Assembly (NCBI RefSeq): GCF_006345805.1
Contig: NC_043008.1
Coordinates: 7,626,001-7,690,000 of the forward strand
Direction of reading: 5' to 3'
Source: Octopus sinensis
Taxonomy: Eukaryota
DNA length: 64,000 nucleotides
A model generated the notes under the pieces. The model was not told where the DNA came from and made no database searches. It was given only the letters and a program-made list of their open reading frames with translations. This document shows positions 27,517 to 40,820 of this stretch, one piece after another. A program made the position numbers and the translations under genes. Each line of letters starts with the position of its first letter. The stretch's first letter is position 1.

Positions 27517-28182
27517 TATATATATTATATATATATATATTTATGTATGTATCTATGTATCTATGTATGTATTATCTCTTCCTCTATGTGTTATTATGAC
27601 TAAATGGAAGAGTATTCATCATTTTGTTATACGTGACACAATACAGCAAATGCTTGAGATGTTTCGAACAACTTTTAGTCTGAACGACTGGACAATGCAG
27701 TAATGTCTTTAAATCTCGGAGCCATGGGAATCGGCAGAGTTCTGACATCGGTGATTTTTAATGGATGCAGCAACGTAAAAATGATGGCCGTTTTGCAATA
27801 TCAACTTTCGTGAGAGAGATCTCCGTTAAAAAAATAAAGAAGAAAATGAGGGTAAGTGTCATGGATTATTTACCATTTAATATTAAATATAGATGAAATG
27901 ACTTGTGATTCATATTGCAAAACAAAATATTATATATCTAATCGATTTCATTAGACATATCATAGAAAGAAAAGGATTTGTTATCTATATTAAGGAATGA
28001 TGTATCTTCATTTTTTATCAATAATTTCGACATTTGATCAAAAATGGCGTAACAAGGTCTCTTGTTACACAAGCACAGTATTGTACATATTATTATTAAT
28101 ACACAGGATTTTATTTGAAAGAAAGACGATCATTTTATTTCGGAGGTGTAAAAGTTATTGCATAAATTAAACGTACGAATAA

Positions 28183-28590
28183 TGCAGCGAGTTGGCAGAA
28201 TCGTTAGCAAGCGGGGCAAAAGTCTTGGCGTCATTTCCTCTGAGATCCACTTTGTCTTTCATGATTTCGGGGTCGATGAAATAACTAGCAGTGGATTTGC
28301 TCCCACCTACCAAATTTAAGTCTTTGTACCTATAGTAAAAAGCATTAATTAAACGTACGAATAAGGTGACGAGCTGGCAGAATCGTAAGCACGCTGGGCA
28401 AAATCTTCCGTCTTCAAGTTCTGAGTTCAAATCACTCCCAGGCAGGCTACGCCTTTCATTCTTTCGGGGTGGGTAAAAGAAGCACCAGTGAAACTCTGGT
28501 GTCGATGTAATCGAGGACATGCCATCCCACCCGCCCCACTCCCCCAAAAATTCAGGCCTCTTGCCTTTTGTACAAAAGATTCATTATTCG
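28183..28590 (+). mobile_element. Two adjacent diverged family-M SINEs
   Basis: Two heads (gcgagttggcagaatcgttagc; gacgagctggcagaatcgtaagc), each followed by a tttcat..tttcgggg core; 18-bp direct repeat aattaaacgtacgaataa at 28165 and 28347. Confidence 0.7.
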
Positions 28591-28594
28591 TGCC

Positions 28595-28830
28595 AGAGTC
28601 ATGTGGGTAGGCAGAAAAAATGCTTCAAGCATATCATCAACGTGGTCTTTTAAGAACAAACGCAAGTGACCCCCCCTCCATGGATGGATGCAGAAGCCAT
28701 AGAAAAGCAGCGATGTGACTGGGTGAACAATGTGAGGTATGACCTAGAAAGAAATGACCAGGAGAGGAATAATATGAAGCAGATTTTTGATAACCTGTAC
28801 ATCGAGAGAGGGAGGCCAACTGTCTAAGCA
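28595..28830 (+). mobile_element. Possible RTE-like LINE C-terminal remnant
   Basis: GRQKKCFKHII and WVNNVRYDL resemble RTE C-terminal GRP/K..W.D.V..DL blocks; very degenerate. Confidence 0.25.
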
Positions 28831-30371
28831 AAAGAGTGAGAAATTTGAATATCAGAAGTTGCTGACTTCTCATATATCAGAATACTTTTACAAAATCTTC
28901 GGGGCAAATCTGTGTTGCTTCTCATTCAGTTGAAACAGCTTCATTGAATCTTCAGCATTATGCAGGAGTCGGATATGATGCCTGTCAAACTCTACAATGG
29001 TTGATATATGCTGCTAGAACATGCTGCAACGGTACACAGCATCCTGACCGATGACAATCTGCAATACGTGTTGCACCTGCTATTATTTGCATGAGATTGA
29101 TGTACAGGAACACCACTGCACGTAAACTCGCATACAAGCATACATGCATTCATTCGCTCATACATATACACATAGATACATACCAACGTACATGTATACA
29201 TTTATCCATCCATATATTTATACATATGTACAAGCATTCATTCATTTATACGCACATAAATACAGCATACATTCATAGATATATACATGCTTACATATAT
29301 AAGTACGTACATACATACATTCATACATATATACATCACTATATTTATACATGGGAACATGTTTTCATTCATTTATACGTACATAGATACAGATATACAT
29401 TCATAGATATATACACGCTTACATACACACATACGTACATACACACATACATAATTCATACATATATAAAACATACACATCATTATGTGTGTGTACGTGT
29501 GTCCGTTTGCTTTCAGAAACGCGACCAAAAATTTCTTACCGCAGAAGTAAAGCGTGATTTATTGCAAAGCTGAGCTTAGGTTCTGATTCTATTGAGAATA
29601 ATCTCATCTATAGACGAAACACTAGTACGTCGGATGATGAAATCTGTCTGAAACAGTCCATAAATAATCTATACTAACAGCCATTAAAGCTTCTGCTTTC
29701 CTTTCCTGTTTAATGCAGTTTAAAATTTGTTAACGTGGTCAGCTGCAATACATAATGGCGTTGGCTTGAGGTTGGAGGAAATGATAAAAAGACCAACTGA
29801 ATATTACATTAGTGAAGACTCTCGCATCGAACATTAACCATTGAAAGGCATTGCCGCTGGTCGTACAAGTTGCCGATTCATTGTTACAGAATTTAAAATA
29901 TTTGGAAGAAAAAACAAATCCAGTATCAGAATCATAATTTAAGCGATAAATGAGGCATTAAAACAGAGCTATACTTTTCCGCGAAACGCATACATTTTTC
30001 CCCGGCAACCAAATCTATACATCATGTATTAGGATTCATAGCCAGCAGCAGCAGCAGACCTACGATGGTAAAGAAGATAGTCAGTCTCTGATTCAGTGGA
30101 CAGCAATAATCAACTAAATGTAAGTACTTGCATATGGGCGAGTATGTGTGTTCCTTAGTGAGAATATGGTTGCGCGTTTGTGTGATGCGTATCTGGTTAA
30201 ATGGAGGCAGAATTGAAAAGACTGTTAAACCAGAATAATATCTGTGAGGTCGCTGTTGCTTGAGTGGAAAACGTGACTAAGTACCAATATTAGATTTGTA
30301 AGAAAGCTGTAATTAATTTCACCCGACACTGCATGCAGGATTCCGAGAGCCTACAGAGCCGGGCTCTTCAT

Positions 30372-30416
<45 letters not shown>

Positions 30417-30426
30417 TCATGTATAC

Positions 30427-30516
<90 letters not shown>

Positions 30517-30629
30517 TATATATATATGTATATATGTATATATATATATATGCATGTATATGTATATATATAGAGAGAGAATGATACATAGATATATATG
30601 CATACATACATCTCTCTCTCTCTCTCTCT

Positions 30630-30669
<40 letters not shown>

Positions 30670-31541
30670 TCACAGTCAGAGAGACACTCACACAATTATG
30701 AATACATGTATCTATTGATATAGGCACATATATGTAGACATATATTTATATACATGCTTATATGTATTATATATATATGTATATATACACGTATTGTATA
30801 TGCACATATATGTTCCGAAGTTATAATAACTGCAGGCATGCGCAGATACAAGCGCACAAACACATACACGCATCAAAACACGCACACAAACACACAAACA
30901 TACACACCCACACACACCGGCACATACACACATATTCTAGAAGTTGACCTCAACAATATTTTCCTATTTTTTCCCATTATATTTGCAGTATTCATGTGAA
31001 AAGGAATGCCCTAGAGAATGCTCTCCTCCTCATCTTTGAAAATATTTCGTGACTAATTCCCGTAATAAATTATTTCCCAGGGATTACATAACACTGATAT
31101 AGTCTTTTTTATGCCTGAAGTAACTACCACTGTATGATTTTATATCTAGCCATCAACGAACTGTCATAAGTATTTTAATCGATTATCTGCTACTAGTTTG
31201 TGCACGTAGTTTGCATATTTTTGCATGTTGAACTAGCGAATCCACTTTATTGAATAGTGTGGAATGTACATATTATGTTGCTCAATACCTGCAACACCAA
31301 AGAACATGCATGAACACACACACATTCACACGTACACACACGCACACATAGATATATGTACATATATATGTATATATGTGTACATATATATTTATTTTAT
31401 ATATATTTATATATAATACATATATTCAAGTATACATAAATTTATATCTACATATATATATATGTATATATATATTCATGTATACATATATATATATATA
31501 TAGATAGATAGATATAAATATTTATATCTTCATTTTATATC

Positions 31542-31592
<51 letters not shown>

Positions 31593-31779
31593 TTATATAA
31601 TCATACATATATGTCTGTGTTTGTCTATTGTTTATTTATATACATGTATGTATGTATAAGGAATACATCAAATCTATGGCTGTTAATATTTTTACATAAT
31701 GTTCATGTGTTTCACACTACAGGCAAACATTGATTATGCGAAGTTATCTCTGAAAAGTTTTTCTTTATTGTACATGGAC

Positions 31780-32420
31780 TTTTTTCCTGGATGCATTAGC
31801 GCCAAAATATTTTCAATAGAAACATTATTAAGTTTGCTCCCACCATCACACCTCACTGTAATTGCCGAATTCTGTCTATAGTAACGCGAATTTGCAAGAT
31901 GATATATTGGGATATCCCCCTGGAGAAGGCCTGGTGGACAGCTCTTTGCCTATGTAACATATAACCTACTGTCCGGCGAGTCCTTCTACAGCTCGGAGTA
32001 GATTCAGCCTTGCTACATGGGCCTGTTTTAACAAAACTCTTCCTCAACACTTTTCCATTTCGGAGTGAGTTAGAGCTGAACTATCAGACCCAGACTGATT
32101 GACCGTTAGTTTGAAATATGGGGTATCAGCAGAATGTCCTCTAACCACCTACAACGTTCGGGCTACTGTGGTATATAAATATGTAATGAAAACCAGTAAT
32201 AGTTGCAGGTCTTACATACGGACAACAGTAAATCTATTAAAGCGCAGCAACACCGTATACAGACCCGACGAGTTGTAAGTAGTCTTCGAAATTGTATTGG
32301 GTCAAGGAAGTACTATTTGGTTGTCGTGTATTAGCAAAGTTGTGTTACTGCAACTTCAGCCAATTAAAGCTTTGCACGTCAGTATTTCGTGTATTTTCTT
32401 TCTCATATTCATTTAGATTA
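31780..32420 (+). pseudogene. Possible decayed Ty3/Gypsy gag(-protease) remnant
   Basis: LLSLLPPSHLTVIAEF and VRRVLLQLGVDSALLHGPVLTKLFLNTFP resemble the LPP..V.D and LLRRM..L....L..LFL..LP blocks of invertebrate Gypsy gag; multiple stops. Confidence 0.35.
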
Positions 32421-32859
32421 ATAAGGTTGAAAATAATTAGCTGGCAGTTAGCAGAAGACATCGTCGCAATTAACAGCCATCCTCGGCTAGTCATTGGAAG
32501 GACGCTGTCGTTTAACAGTATTTCTTTATCATGAACATCTGTGTTATTTCACCGGCTTAACGCTGTAATCTCCCTGATTACATTACGCTCGCCTGTCGAG
32601 TCTAATCATTCCCTATTGACGGAATGAAGAGATTCCTGTTTAATCCCTGTTTATTTCTTACTACTTTTATCGTGGTATGTTTCTACCCATTTGTGTAATA
32701 GTAAGTCCAAAGGCCTTCTTTGACTCCTACATACGGCAACTCGCTACTCACATTGCAACCCAAATAAATTATGATGTTTGTCATAATATAGCCTTCTGAA
32801 GTATTTTCTCAATGCGTCACAGATGCATTGTGTATTTATTTGGCACCTTCTGTCCGGCA

Positions 32860-33035
32860 TTCGCCATGATAGATCGCAAGCCACTAAAACTTTTCTATTT
32901 TCTCTCCCTGTTTATTTCTGTGTTCCTTTCCGTCGCAGAGCGTAGGCTCGAGACGTAAAAGACTTTCTCATTTCTCGAGCGTTAAACTAATACATCTGTC
33001 TGTTGTTTACACTGCCGTTTTCGTCTTTTTTTCTT
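32860..33035 (+). mobile_element. Short PLE-terminus-derived element with decayed hammerhead motif (32926-32961)
   Basis: CUUU CCGUCGC A GAGC GUAG GCUC GAG ACGU A AAAG; flanks align with 13835-14000. Confidence 0.7.
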
Positions 33036-33099
33036 TTACTAATTCTCATTACATTCTTACATAGTTATATTCGAACACAGAAACAACTCCTTTTCAAAA

Positions 33100-33425
33100 C
33101 GGTAAGCTGCATAGGACAGTCCTAGCGAAAACAGGATGCATGATAAAGAAGTAGAAAAATTGAAAAACTATGTTGGGTCAATAGAGGAAGCGGGCGTGAT
33201 ACCAGTTGTGCCTGTTTCTTACTAGCCCGCTACAAACATGACCGAAAAGGAATGTAAAGATAAAACTACTGGAAAAATTCAGCATTGCTTAGAACTGCAT
33301 GGGTATTCCGCAGGGTTCTTGAGGCATGATCAGTAAATCAGGGCTACCTTAGTCTGCTGACTGCGGACAACTGATACTTTCCACAATACTCAGAGAAATA
33401 CAGCTAAGAGTCTTCATTGAATAAT
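33100..33425 (+). mobile_element. R4/Dong-type LINE 3' end (restriction-like endonuclease C-terminus + 3' UTR)
   Basis: HDKEVEKLKNY, VIPVVP, ALLRTAWVFRRVL; 3' UTR (ctaccttag...gacaactg) is similar to that of 47419-47998. Confidence 0.65.
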
Positions 33426-34740
33426 ACACAGACACACACGCACACACATATATATATGCAACAACTACGCCACAACTAGAAAGCAGTAAAAAAGAATTAC
33501 GCTAGACTCCTAGTCAAAATCAGAGCTCCAATAAAGGTCAAGGACACAATACCAATACATGGTGTAATGTACACTACTAAACCAACGTGCAGCAAAAACG
33601 AAACAAAACAAAAAGAACCACTTAACTAGTCTATCACTCAGAGAATGAAAATTCAACTTAGAACAATGAGAACGCAAGATATAACGTTTATAGACACAAG
33701 CATAGCAAGCATATACCTTAATCATCAGCTGCTTCAAGGATATTATTGTTCCAATATGTGAGCACCCCCCTACAATCCGACGGTATCAACATCATTAAAA
33801 ACATTCACGCTGCTAGGGAATCAATAGACGAGAAGCAGGAACAGAACTTTTTCGTGGTGTCTAATTTACGTCTGTAACTGCTTATTGTTACAAATGCAAA
33901 CATCAGATATTAAACACCCATCGGTTTCTGCTTAAGGCTAGGAAGCATAGAAATTAAAAATAACACGTATAAAATGTAGTTAAGTCTCCGAAAACGATAG
34001 TGTTACCTCATATATTGCACAACTTTATTCGTACCAGAGAACCAAACATATTGAATACAATCTACCAAACCTAGTCGAAAGCACATATTACCAATACGTT
34101 ACAGAAAATAATAACAAACATCAGTGGACTTTAAATATTTACGTTAAGTACAGAATGTAGACTAGTAATCATCGCTGATCCACAATGAATTTTTTCAAAC
34201 AGGAAAGCATAATCTAAATGAACCAAACATAAAGTAGCGGGAAAATATATCACTTTAACTATTAGGCTTCAATCGATCTCCCACCACTCAAGATGGCAGT
34301 AAAAGAGCACAAATCAATATCTATTGAATATAATCCTGAATTATAGAAAATAAATTTAAATGTATATTTCATCTAAAAGTATGAAAATAACATAGAATAA
34401 TATCGAATAATATAAAACTGACTAAAGCATCCGAATTGTAACGATAATAGTAGAATACTAAAAACATGTGAACATTATTGAAACGATCAAATTCTAAACG
34501 AAATGAATAACATATCAGTGAGTCATCAGTGATTAAATGGCTTTGATTTGGGAATGAGGCAATGTAAACATATCACTTTTCAATAATTAATAATTACTTT
34601 AATTATAGAAAGTATGTAAACCTAAATATATCTACATATATGTATTCTACTATTAACTAAAACAAACAAATTGTTTCAAAATATTCCCTTCATAAAAGGA
34701 CTATGTTTGTGCGTATGTAGGTATTTACAGATACAATCAT

Positions 34741-35154
34741 TTACTCTTGTACTCTTTTACTTGTTTCAGTCATTTGACTGCGGCCATGCTGGAGCACCGC
34801 CTTTAGTCGAGCAAATCGACCCCGGGACTTATTCTTTCTAAGCCCAGTACTTATTCTATCGATCTCTTTTGCCGAACCGCTAGCTGACGGAGACGTAAAC
34901 ACACCAGCATCGGTTCTCAAGCAATGCTAGGGGACAAACACAGACACACAAACATATACACACACACTTATATATATATATACATATATACAACAGGCTT
35001 CTTTCAGTTTCCGTCTACCAAATCCACTCACAAGGCATTGGTCGGCCCGGGGCTATAGCAGAAGACACTGGCCCAAGATGCCACGGAGTGGGACTGAATA
35101 CGGAACCATGTGGTTTGTTAGCAAGCTACTTACCACACAGCCACTCCTGTGCCT
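34741..35154 (-). mobile_element. Long tRNA-derived SINE family C (near full length)
   Basis: Reverse complement aligns end-to-end with 44430-44843. Confidence 0.9.
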
Positions 35155-35508
35155 ATGTATCTATGTACGCATTTATGTATCTATGTACGCATATTTGCTG
35201 CAAAATAGATTGGTTCATATTTTTATTATTTCAATCGAGCTAAAAGCGTCGCACAAAAAGATTCGTTAGCAGGTTTGATGAAAATAATTAAAGAATAATA
35301 AACTAGGCATTTTTTGTCTCCCTATACGTCCTGTGTTCGAAATCTCCCGCGGTTGCATTGCTATTTGTCGTTTCGGACTCGGTAAAAATAAGTACAGTAT
35401 GAACATCGGGTTGATGCTTCGAGTCCCGACTCGCCCGAAATTGCTGGAGTTGCGCCAAGATACATATTTTTGCAGTGTTATTTGTACTTATTGATAAAAT
35501 ACACATAC

Positions 35509-35555
<47 letters not shown>

Positions 35556-35681
35556 CATACACACACACACACACAAAAACACACACACACATATATATAT
35601 ATACTTATATATGTATATATATATATATATATACACATATAAGTATATATATATATATATGTATGTATATATATATATATG

Positions 35682-35718
<37 letters not shown>

Positions 35719-35774
35719 AAATATATGTACATATACATATATATATTATATATATATATTATATATATATATAT

Positions 35775-35809
<35 letters not shown>

Positions 35810-35874
35810 GTATATATATACATAAACACATATGTGTGTGTGTGCGTGTGTGATGGGGGTGTTGTATGTATGTT

Positions 35875-37484
35875 GAGAGTGTCCCAAAATTAAAGCAACC
35901 GAAGTTTCGGGCTTTAATGACTATTAATAAATGTGATAAGGTGTGAAGTATGAAAAGTATACCTCACTTTAAAGGGTTAGTATTTCTTATTTTTGTTTCA
36001 GAGTAAATAGATGCAGATTTATAAATCAGATAATGTCGACAGACCGAGATATAACCATAACCCTCCAGAAAGGAGGCGCAACTAATCCAGCTATAGCAAA
36101 AAAGCTTAAATGTAACCGAACAATGTGGAAAACTGTCAAGAAATTTCAAGAGACAGGTTCCACAGCTGATCGAACTGTACGTGGTCAGGTCAGACGTGTG
36201 CGGACCCCTCATTTTATCTAAAACATTACAGAAAAGATACGGCAACATCCCTGTTGTTCCGTCAGAAAACTAGCTGTATGAAGAACTAGCAGTATCGCCC
36301 GGCGTTGCTCGGGTTTGTAAGGGAAATAACTATAAAGCATTTTTAGAGAGTTATAGCCAAAAAATAGCAAAAAAATGGAAAAAACATGATGGTAAATTTT
36401 TTTGAGAGTTAAAAAGGTCGAGTTGCGTCCCCTAGACAGTCTGTGGTTTGTGTTTCTGATTCTCGACCCCATGTCGAATTTATCGATTTTTTTCAGAACT
36501 GGGGGCACTTTTCAAAATTTTCGCTGCGTTAGTTTTGAATTATGACCTTGGGCTATGTGTGTGTCAAGTGTCATCAGAATCTGTTGAAAGCAGTGGTCAG
36601 GGTGAGGGTACAACCTAACAGACACACAGACACGCAGACAGATAAACTACCGTTTATATAGAGAGAGATTTCGGCACCCACCACTACAAAATGCTCCACC
36701 CTCATGAGTTCACGCAAATTTATAAAGCTTTGAGATTGGAAAGAAATCCTCTTCGCGTGCATTAGATTGCTCAATGCTCGCTGCCCAAACTGGTGTTCAG
36801 TGATGGAAAGCAATTTGACATCGAACAGACAGTAAACTACGAGAATGACTGATTTTGAAATGTATGTGTCCGCGTCAAGTGAAGATTCATAAATCGTCGT
36901 CAAAATAATTCACAGTCAGTTAAGGTTTGGGTGTCTGTGACAGCCCCTGGAATATCTCCCCCATTGTTTGTTACCTCAGCTGTTAAAATAACACCCAGCT
37001 ATGCATTAACGACATTTTGGAAGCTGAACTGTTCCCAGGAGCGAATGAGCATGTTCAAGGAGAAGCTTGGAGTCTCCAACGGACCTCCGCACCATGCCAA
37101 AGCTTCAAACAAACACAACACTAGATTCAGAAAAAAACATTACATTGTTCACAGGCAACGATGTATGGCCTTCAAGAAGACCCGATCTCAAACCGTTCGG
37201 TTTCTCTGTTTGCGCCATTTTAGAGACGAATTTCTCGCGCACTCCTCATTTTTGCTAGACGCTCTGAAGGCAAAAGTACGCTAGGAGTCGGTTTCGATTA
37301 CACAAGAACAGATGCGAAGCATTCACACCTAGACTTAACGCTGCGATTAGAAAGATAGGATGTCATTTAGAATAAATGTAGTAGAGTTATAATTGTGTTT
37401 AGTTTCTGTTGGATCCGAAATAGAACAATATTTTATTTACGCAAAATTGAAAGAAGTTGATTGCATTAATTCTGGGACGTGCTG
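35875..37484 (+). mobile_element. Decayed maT/DD37D-like Tc1-mariner transposon, interrupted by a Helitron
   Basis: TIR core gtcccaaaattaaagcaa / ttgcattaattctgggac; HTH (IAKKLKCNR...VKKFQETGS), LVFSDGKQFDIEQTVN, VKVW, and WPSRRPDLKP motifs; about 1.2 kb after removing the insert. Confidence 0.8.
36286..36668 (-). mobile_element. Non-autonomous Helitron (383 bp)
   Basis: Minus strand starts TC, ends CTAG, has the hairpin cccg-agcaacgc-cggg 8 nt before CTAG, lies between host A and T with no TSD, and carries an internal (TGTC)-type microsatellite. Confidence 0.8.
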
Positions 37485-38728
37485 TATAAACACATATATG
37501 CATGCATATATATTATATGTGTGTGTATTCAAACGCATCACATTTATTAAAAACATAAGGAAAATGTATTAGAAACACAGCCAAAAGACATGTAAGACAG
37601 AAAGAGCACTAAATGACTATTTTTCACTTAAATACTAAAAGTGGTTTTATTAGTGGGAGAGATATGTGAGGACAATATGTATGTATATTTACAACAATTC
37701 TACTGTACATCCATAAATACATACACAAACGCACAAGGCGTATATACAGATTCACCAACAAATACTTCCTCAACCATGTGTTTATGATGGTCTTATTGCT
37801 CTACAAAGGAAAATTAGTTTTGAAGTATTCAATCAAAATTTCCAATCATTTATTCCAATTATTGCTAACAATTTATGATTTAAATGTGTTGCTAAATGCG
37901 ATTATAGGAATATTGCCTTTTAAGTGTTGTTTTCATGGATCAGTTGAACGAATGAAATTTCAACCTTATTAATCTAAACGTATATGAAATATATATACAC
38001 AATATACATACGTATATACCAATATATCTATATAGTCATATATATATAAACTATATACATGTATATACAGTATATACATAAACATACGTGTGTGGCCCCC
38101 ACATACACAAACGGACACATATCTGATATTTGGCTTGGTGTCACTATTTACGAATATATCGTAAATTTCCACACATGGGGGCAGAATTTATATGATATTG
38201 ATTTCTTTTCTGTTCTGTTTTTTTTTTTTATCTTTTCTGTCTTTTCTGTTCTGACTTTTCTTTTCTGTATTTTTTTTTTCTACGTGATAATTCCCGCTAA
38301 TTCTTTGAAATATAAATATAGTGATATATATTTTTGATAGTGCATTGTATCGCTAAAATTTCAAGAGATTCATTCGTGTTTCTAAGCTAGAACGGTAGAT
38401 CTTCAGATTTGTTATACGCAGTTGGGTAATCTTAGAAGTTTGTGGAACAGTAAATTTTGTTACAGCACAATATTATGTAAATTTTGAAATAAACAATGGG
38501 AAATAACAGTATTTCGACTGCATTTCTAAATATTATTGGGAGAAGAGCTTTTTACTCAACGCTATATATTTTTTCATTCAGAAAAGTATATGACGTAACA
38601 TGCCACTCCATTTTAATTCAAAGTCTAGTTTGCTTCATATGTATACACATGCACTGATACATAGATATACACATACATTCATACATGCGTACACTCACCC
38701 CCCATATATAATATATATATATATATAT

Positions 38729-38803
<75 letters not shown>

Positions 38804-39410
38804 ATATATATGTATGTATATGTATACATGTATGTATGTATGTATTTACAAGACACATACATGTATGTATAAATAAGTGTAATTGTATAAGAATCCTCCC
38901 ACTACACAATTATATTTTGTAATTACTCCAATGAAATATAATTAACGGCAGCAATGATAATTATACACTTTAATTATATATAAGCTAGATTTTAAATTAG
39001 CAAATGTACTCCTTGAAAATGTTTGGGTTAATACCACAGCGATTTTTCTGTTATTTTTTCAGATTTTCATTAATTTAATGAAGCTTAGTGGATCTACCAA
39101 TCAAAACGACGCTCATGAATTAAAGGTTTAACGTATTAAAATAAGATAGATGGAGTGTGTTGGCTCATTTACAATTCAGAAGTGGATAAGGAAGCCATAT
39201 TGATTACTGACGAAACAAAACTTAAGGTTCATAAAAGGACAGAGTATTTTATGGATTAGCATCACCTGGGCAAAGCAATAGACGTAATGTGGGAATAAAA
39301 GATAATGTTTTTGGATTGAATACAGCCAAGCACACACACATACACAGAAATGCTCAAACACACACAAGCTCACACGCAATTACTCGAACAAACATTTATT
39401 ATATATATAT

Positions 39411-39610
39411 AGTTAATCCAAACAAGAAAACACAGAAAAACACTACAACGCGAGAACGTGGAACAAATAAAGTTTTATTGGACGCTCAGGAAAGAAGGGA
39501 AGAAGGAGGGCTTAACGTTTCGAGCGGAGCTCTTCGTCGGAAACATAGGAGACGGAAAGATCCAGAGACGGGAAGACAGGGGAAAAAAATCGCTAACGGT
39601 ACACACGAGG
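39411..39610 (-). mobile_element. Short PLE-terminus-like element with minimal hammerhead motif (39510-39544, U4C core)
   Basis: Reverse complement GUUU CCGACGA A GAGC UCC GCUC GAA ACGU U AAGC; 3' end abuts (TA)n. Confidence 0.7.
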
Positions 39611-39650
39611 TCACATTATATATATATATATAAACACACACATTTATGTA

Positions 39651-39695
<45 letters not shown>

Positions 39696-39850
39696 TATAT
39701 TAGAAGAAATGAGGTAATCAGAAGATCGGATGGTTCATATTTATAGATATTTATTTATATATTACATTTTTTACATATATATATCATATCATTCAGATCA
39801 TATCATTCAGATTATTAGCGCTTTCTCCCATTCCAGTGGGGTTTTCAAAT

Positions 39851-39889
<39 letters not shown>

Positions 39890-39978
39890 CGAGAGAGAGA
39901 GAAGGAGGCGATATAGTTAAATGGGTAGATATATATAACACACACACACATATATATACAGAGAAAGTGAGAAAGATG

Positions 39979-40820
39979 CATGATCTGATCAATAAATATC
40001 CGGACTGTTGCCATAGTAACAAAGCTAGAGCCCGCACAGTAAAGCTGTTTGGCAGAGATTGACTTTAATGTCTGCTGTGTGTATGAACTAAGATTTAACG
40101 TTCTAGCTCACTTTCTTGTTTATAGCAGTGTTTGGAAGGAAGTTGTGTAGCGTGTGATCGTCGCATTAGATGGTTGAAAGTTGTCATGATCATACCTGCT
40201 CAGAGGCCTGCGGAAAGTTGCAGAAAATGTATGGAAAGGAGGGCATGAGCCGCACCCACGTGTACGAGTTGTTCAGACCTTTCCAAAATGGCCGAATAAA
40301 TGTTGATACTGACGAATTCTCTGGGAGACCGGCAATGAGCAGAACTGAAGAAAACATTGCAAATGTGCGTGCAGCTGTATGGGGAAATCGTCGAACCACA
40401 ATCCGTGAGTTATCAGAGGTTGTGCAGATTAGTTACGGTTCAGTTCATTCCACTATCACTAAAGATTTGGGTATGAGACGCATACCTGCCAATTTTGTGC
40501 CAAAACCGCTTTCAGCTGACCGAAAATGCACTCGGAATTCAGTGTCGAGAACAGTAAAAATCTTTTGAAACTTTTCCGAAATAATCTGAGCAGGTATCGC
40601 CAAGCTTTTGGTAAAATGTGATGCAAATTATCTGCTCAGCTTTCTCCGTCATGGTCAATGAGATGATCACACGCTACACACCTTCCTTCGAAGCACTGCT
40701 GCAAAACTCAGTGCGCATACACAACATGGCTCAAGGTCAGTCTGTGTTAAGCGGCTACACTCTCCTTGTCTTAACTTCGTTATTATAGCAGCTGTCAAGA
40801 TGCTTAGTGATCAGACCACG
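39979..40820. mobile_element. Mariner-derived fold-back: two 5' halves in inverted orientation
   Basis: Plus strand 40170-40568 encodes a mariner HTH region (MYGKEGMSRTHVYE...SGRP...RRTTIREL...LGMRRIPANFVPK); 40563-40820 on the minus strand is a TIR, 5' UTR and MTEKAEQIICITFYQKLGDTCS; both outer ends read ~gxtctgatca. Confidence 0.75.

Noticed and set aside
29583-29630. Hairpin flanked by CTGAT and GAAAC...GTA, like a hammerhead with a 3-nt core deletion
   Set aside because: Core incomplete and no stem I pairing; at best a dead remnant.
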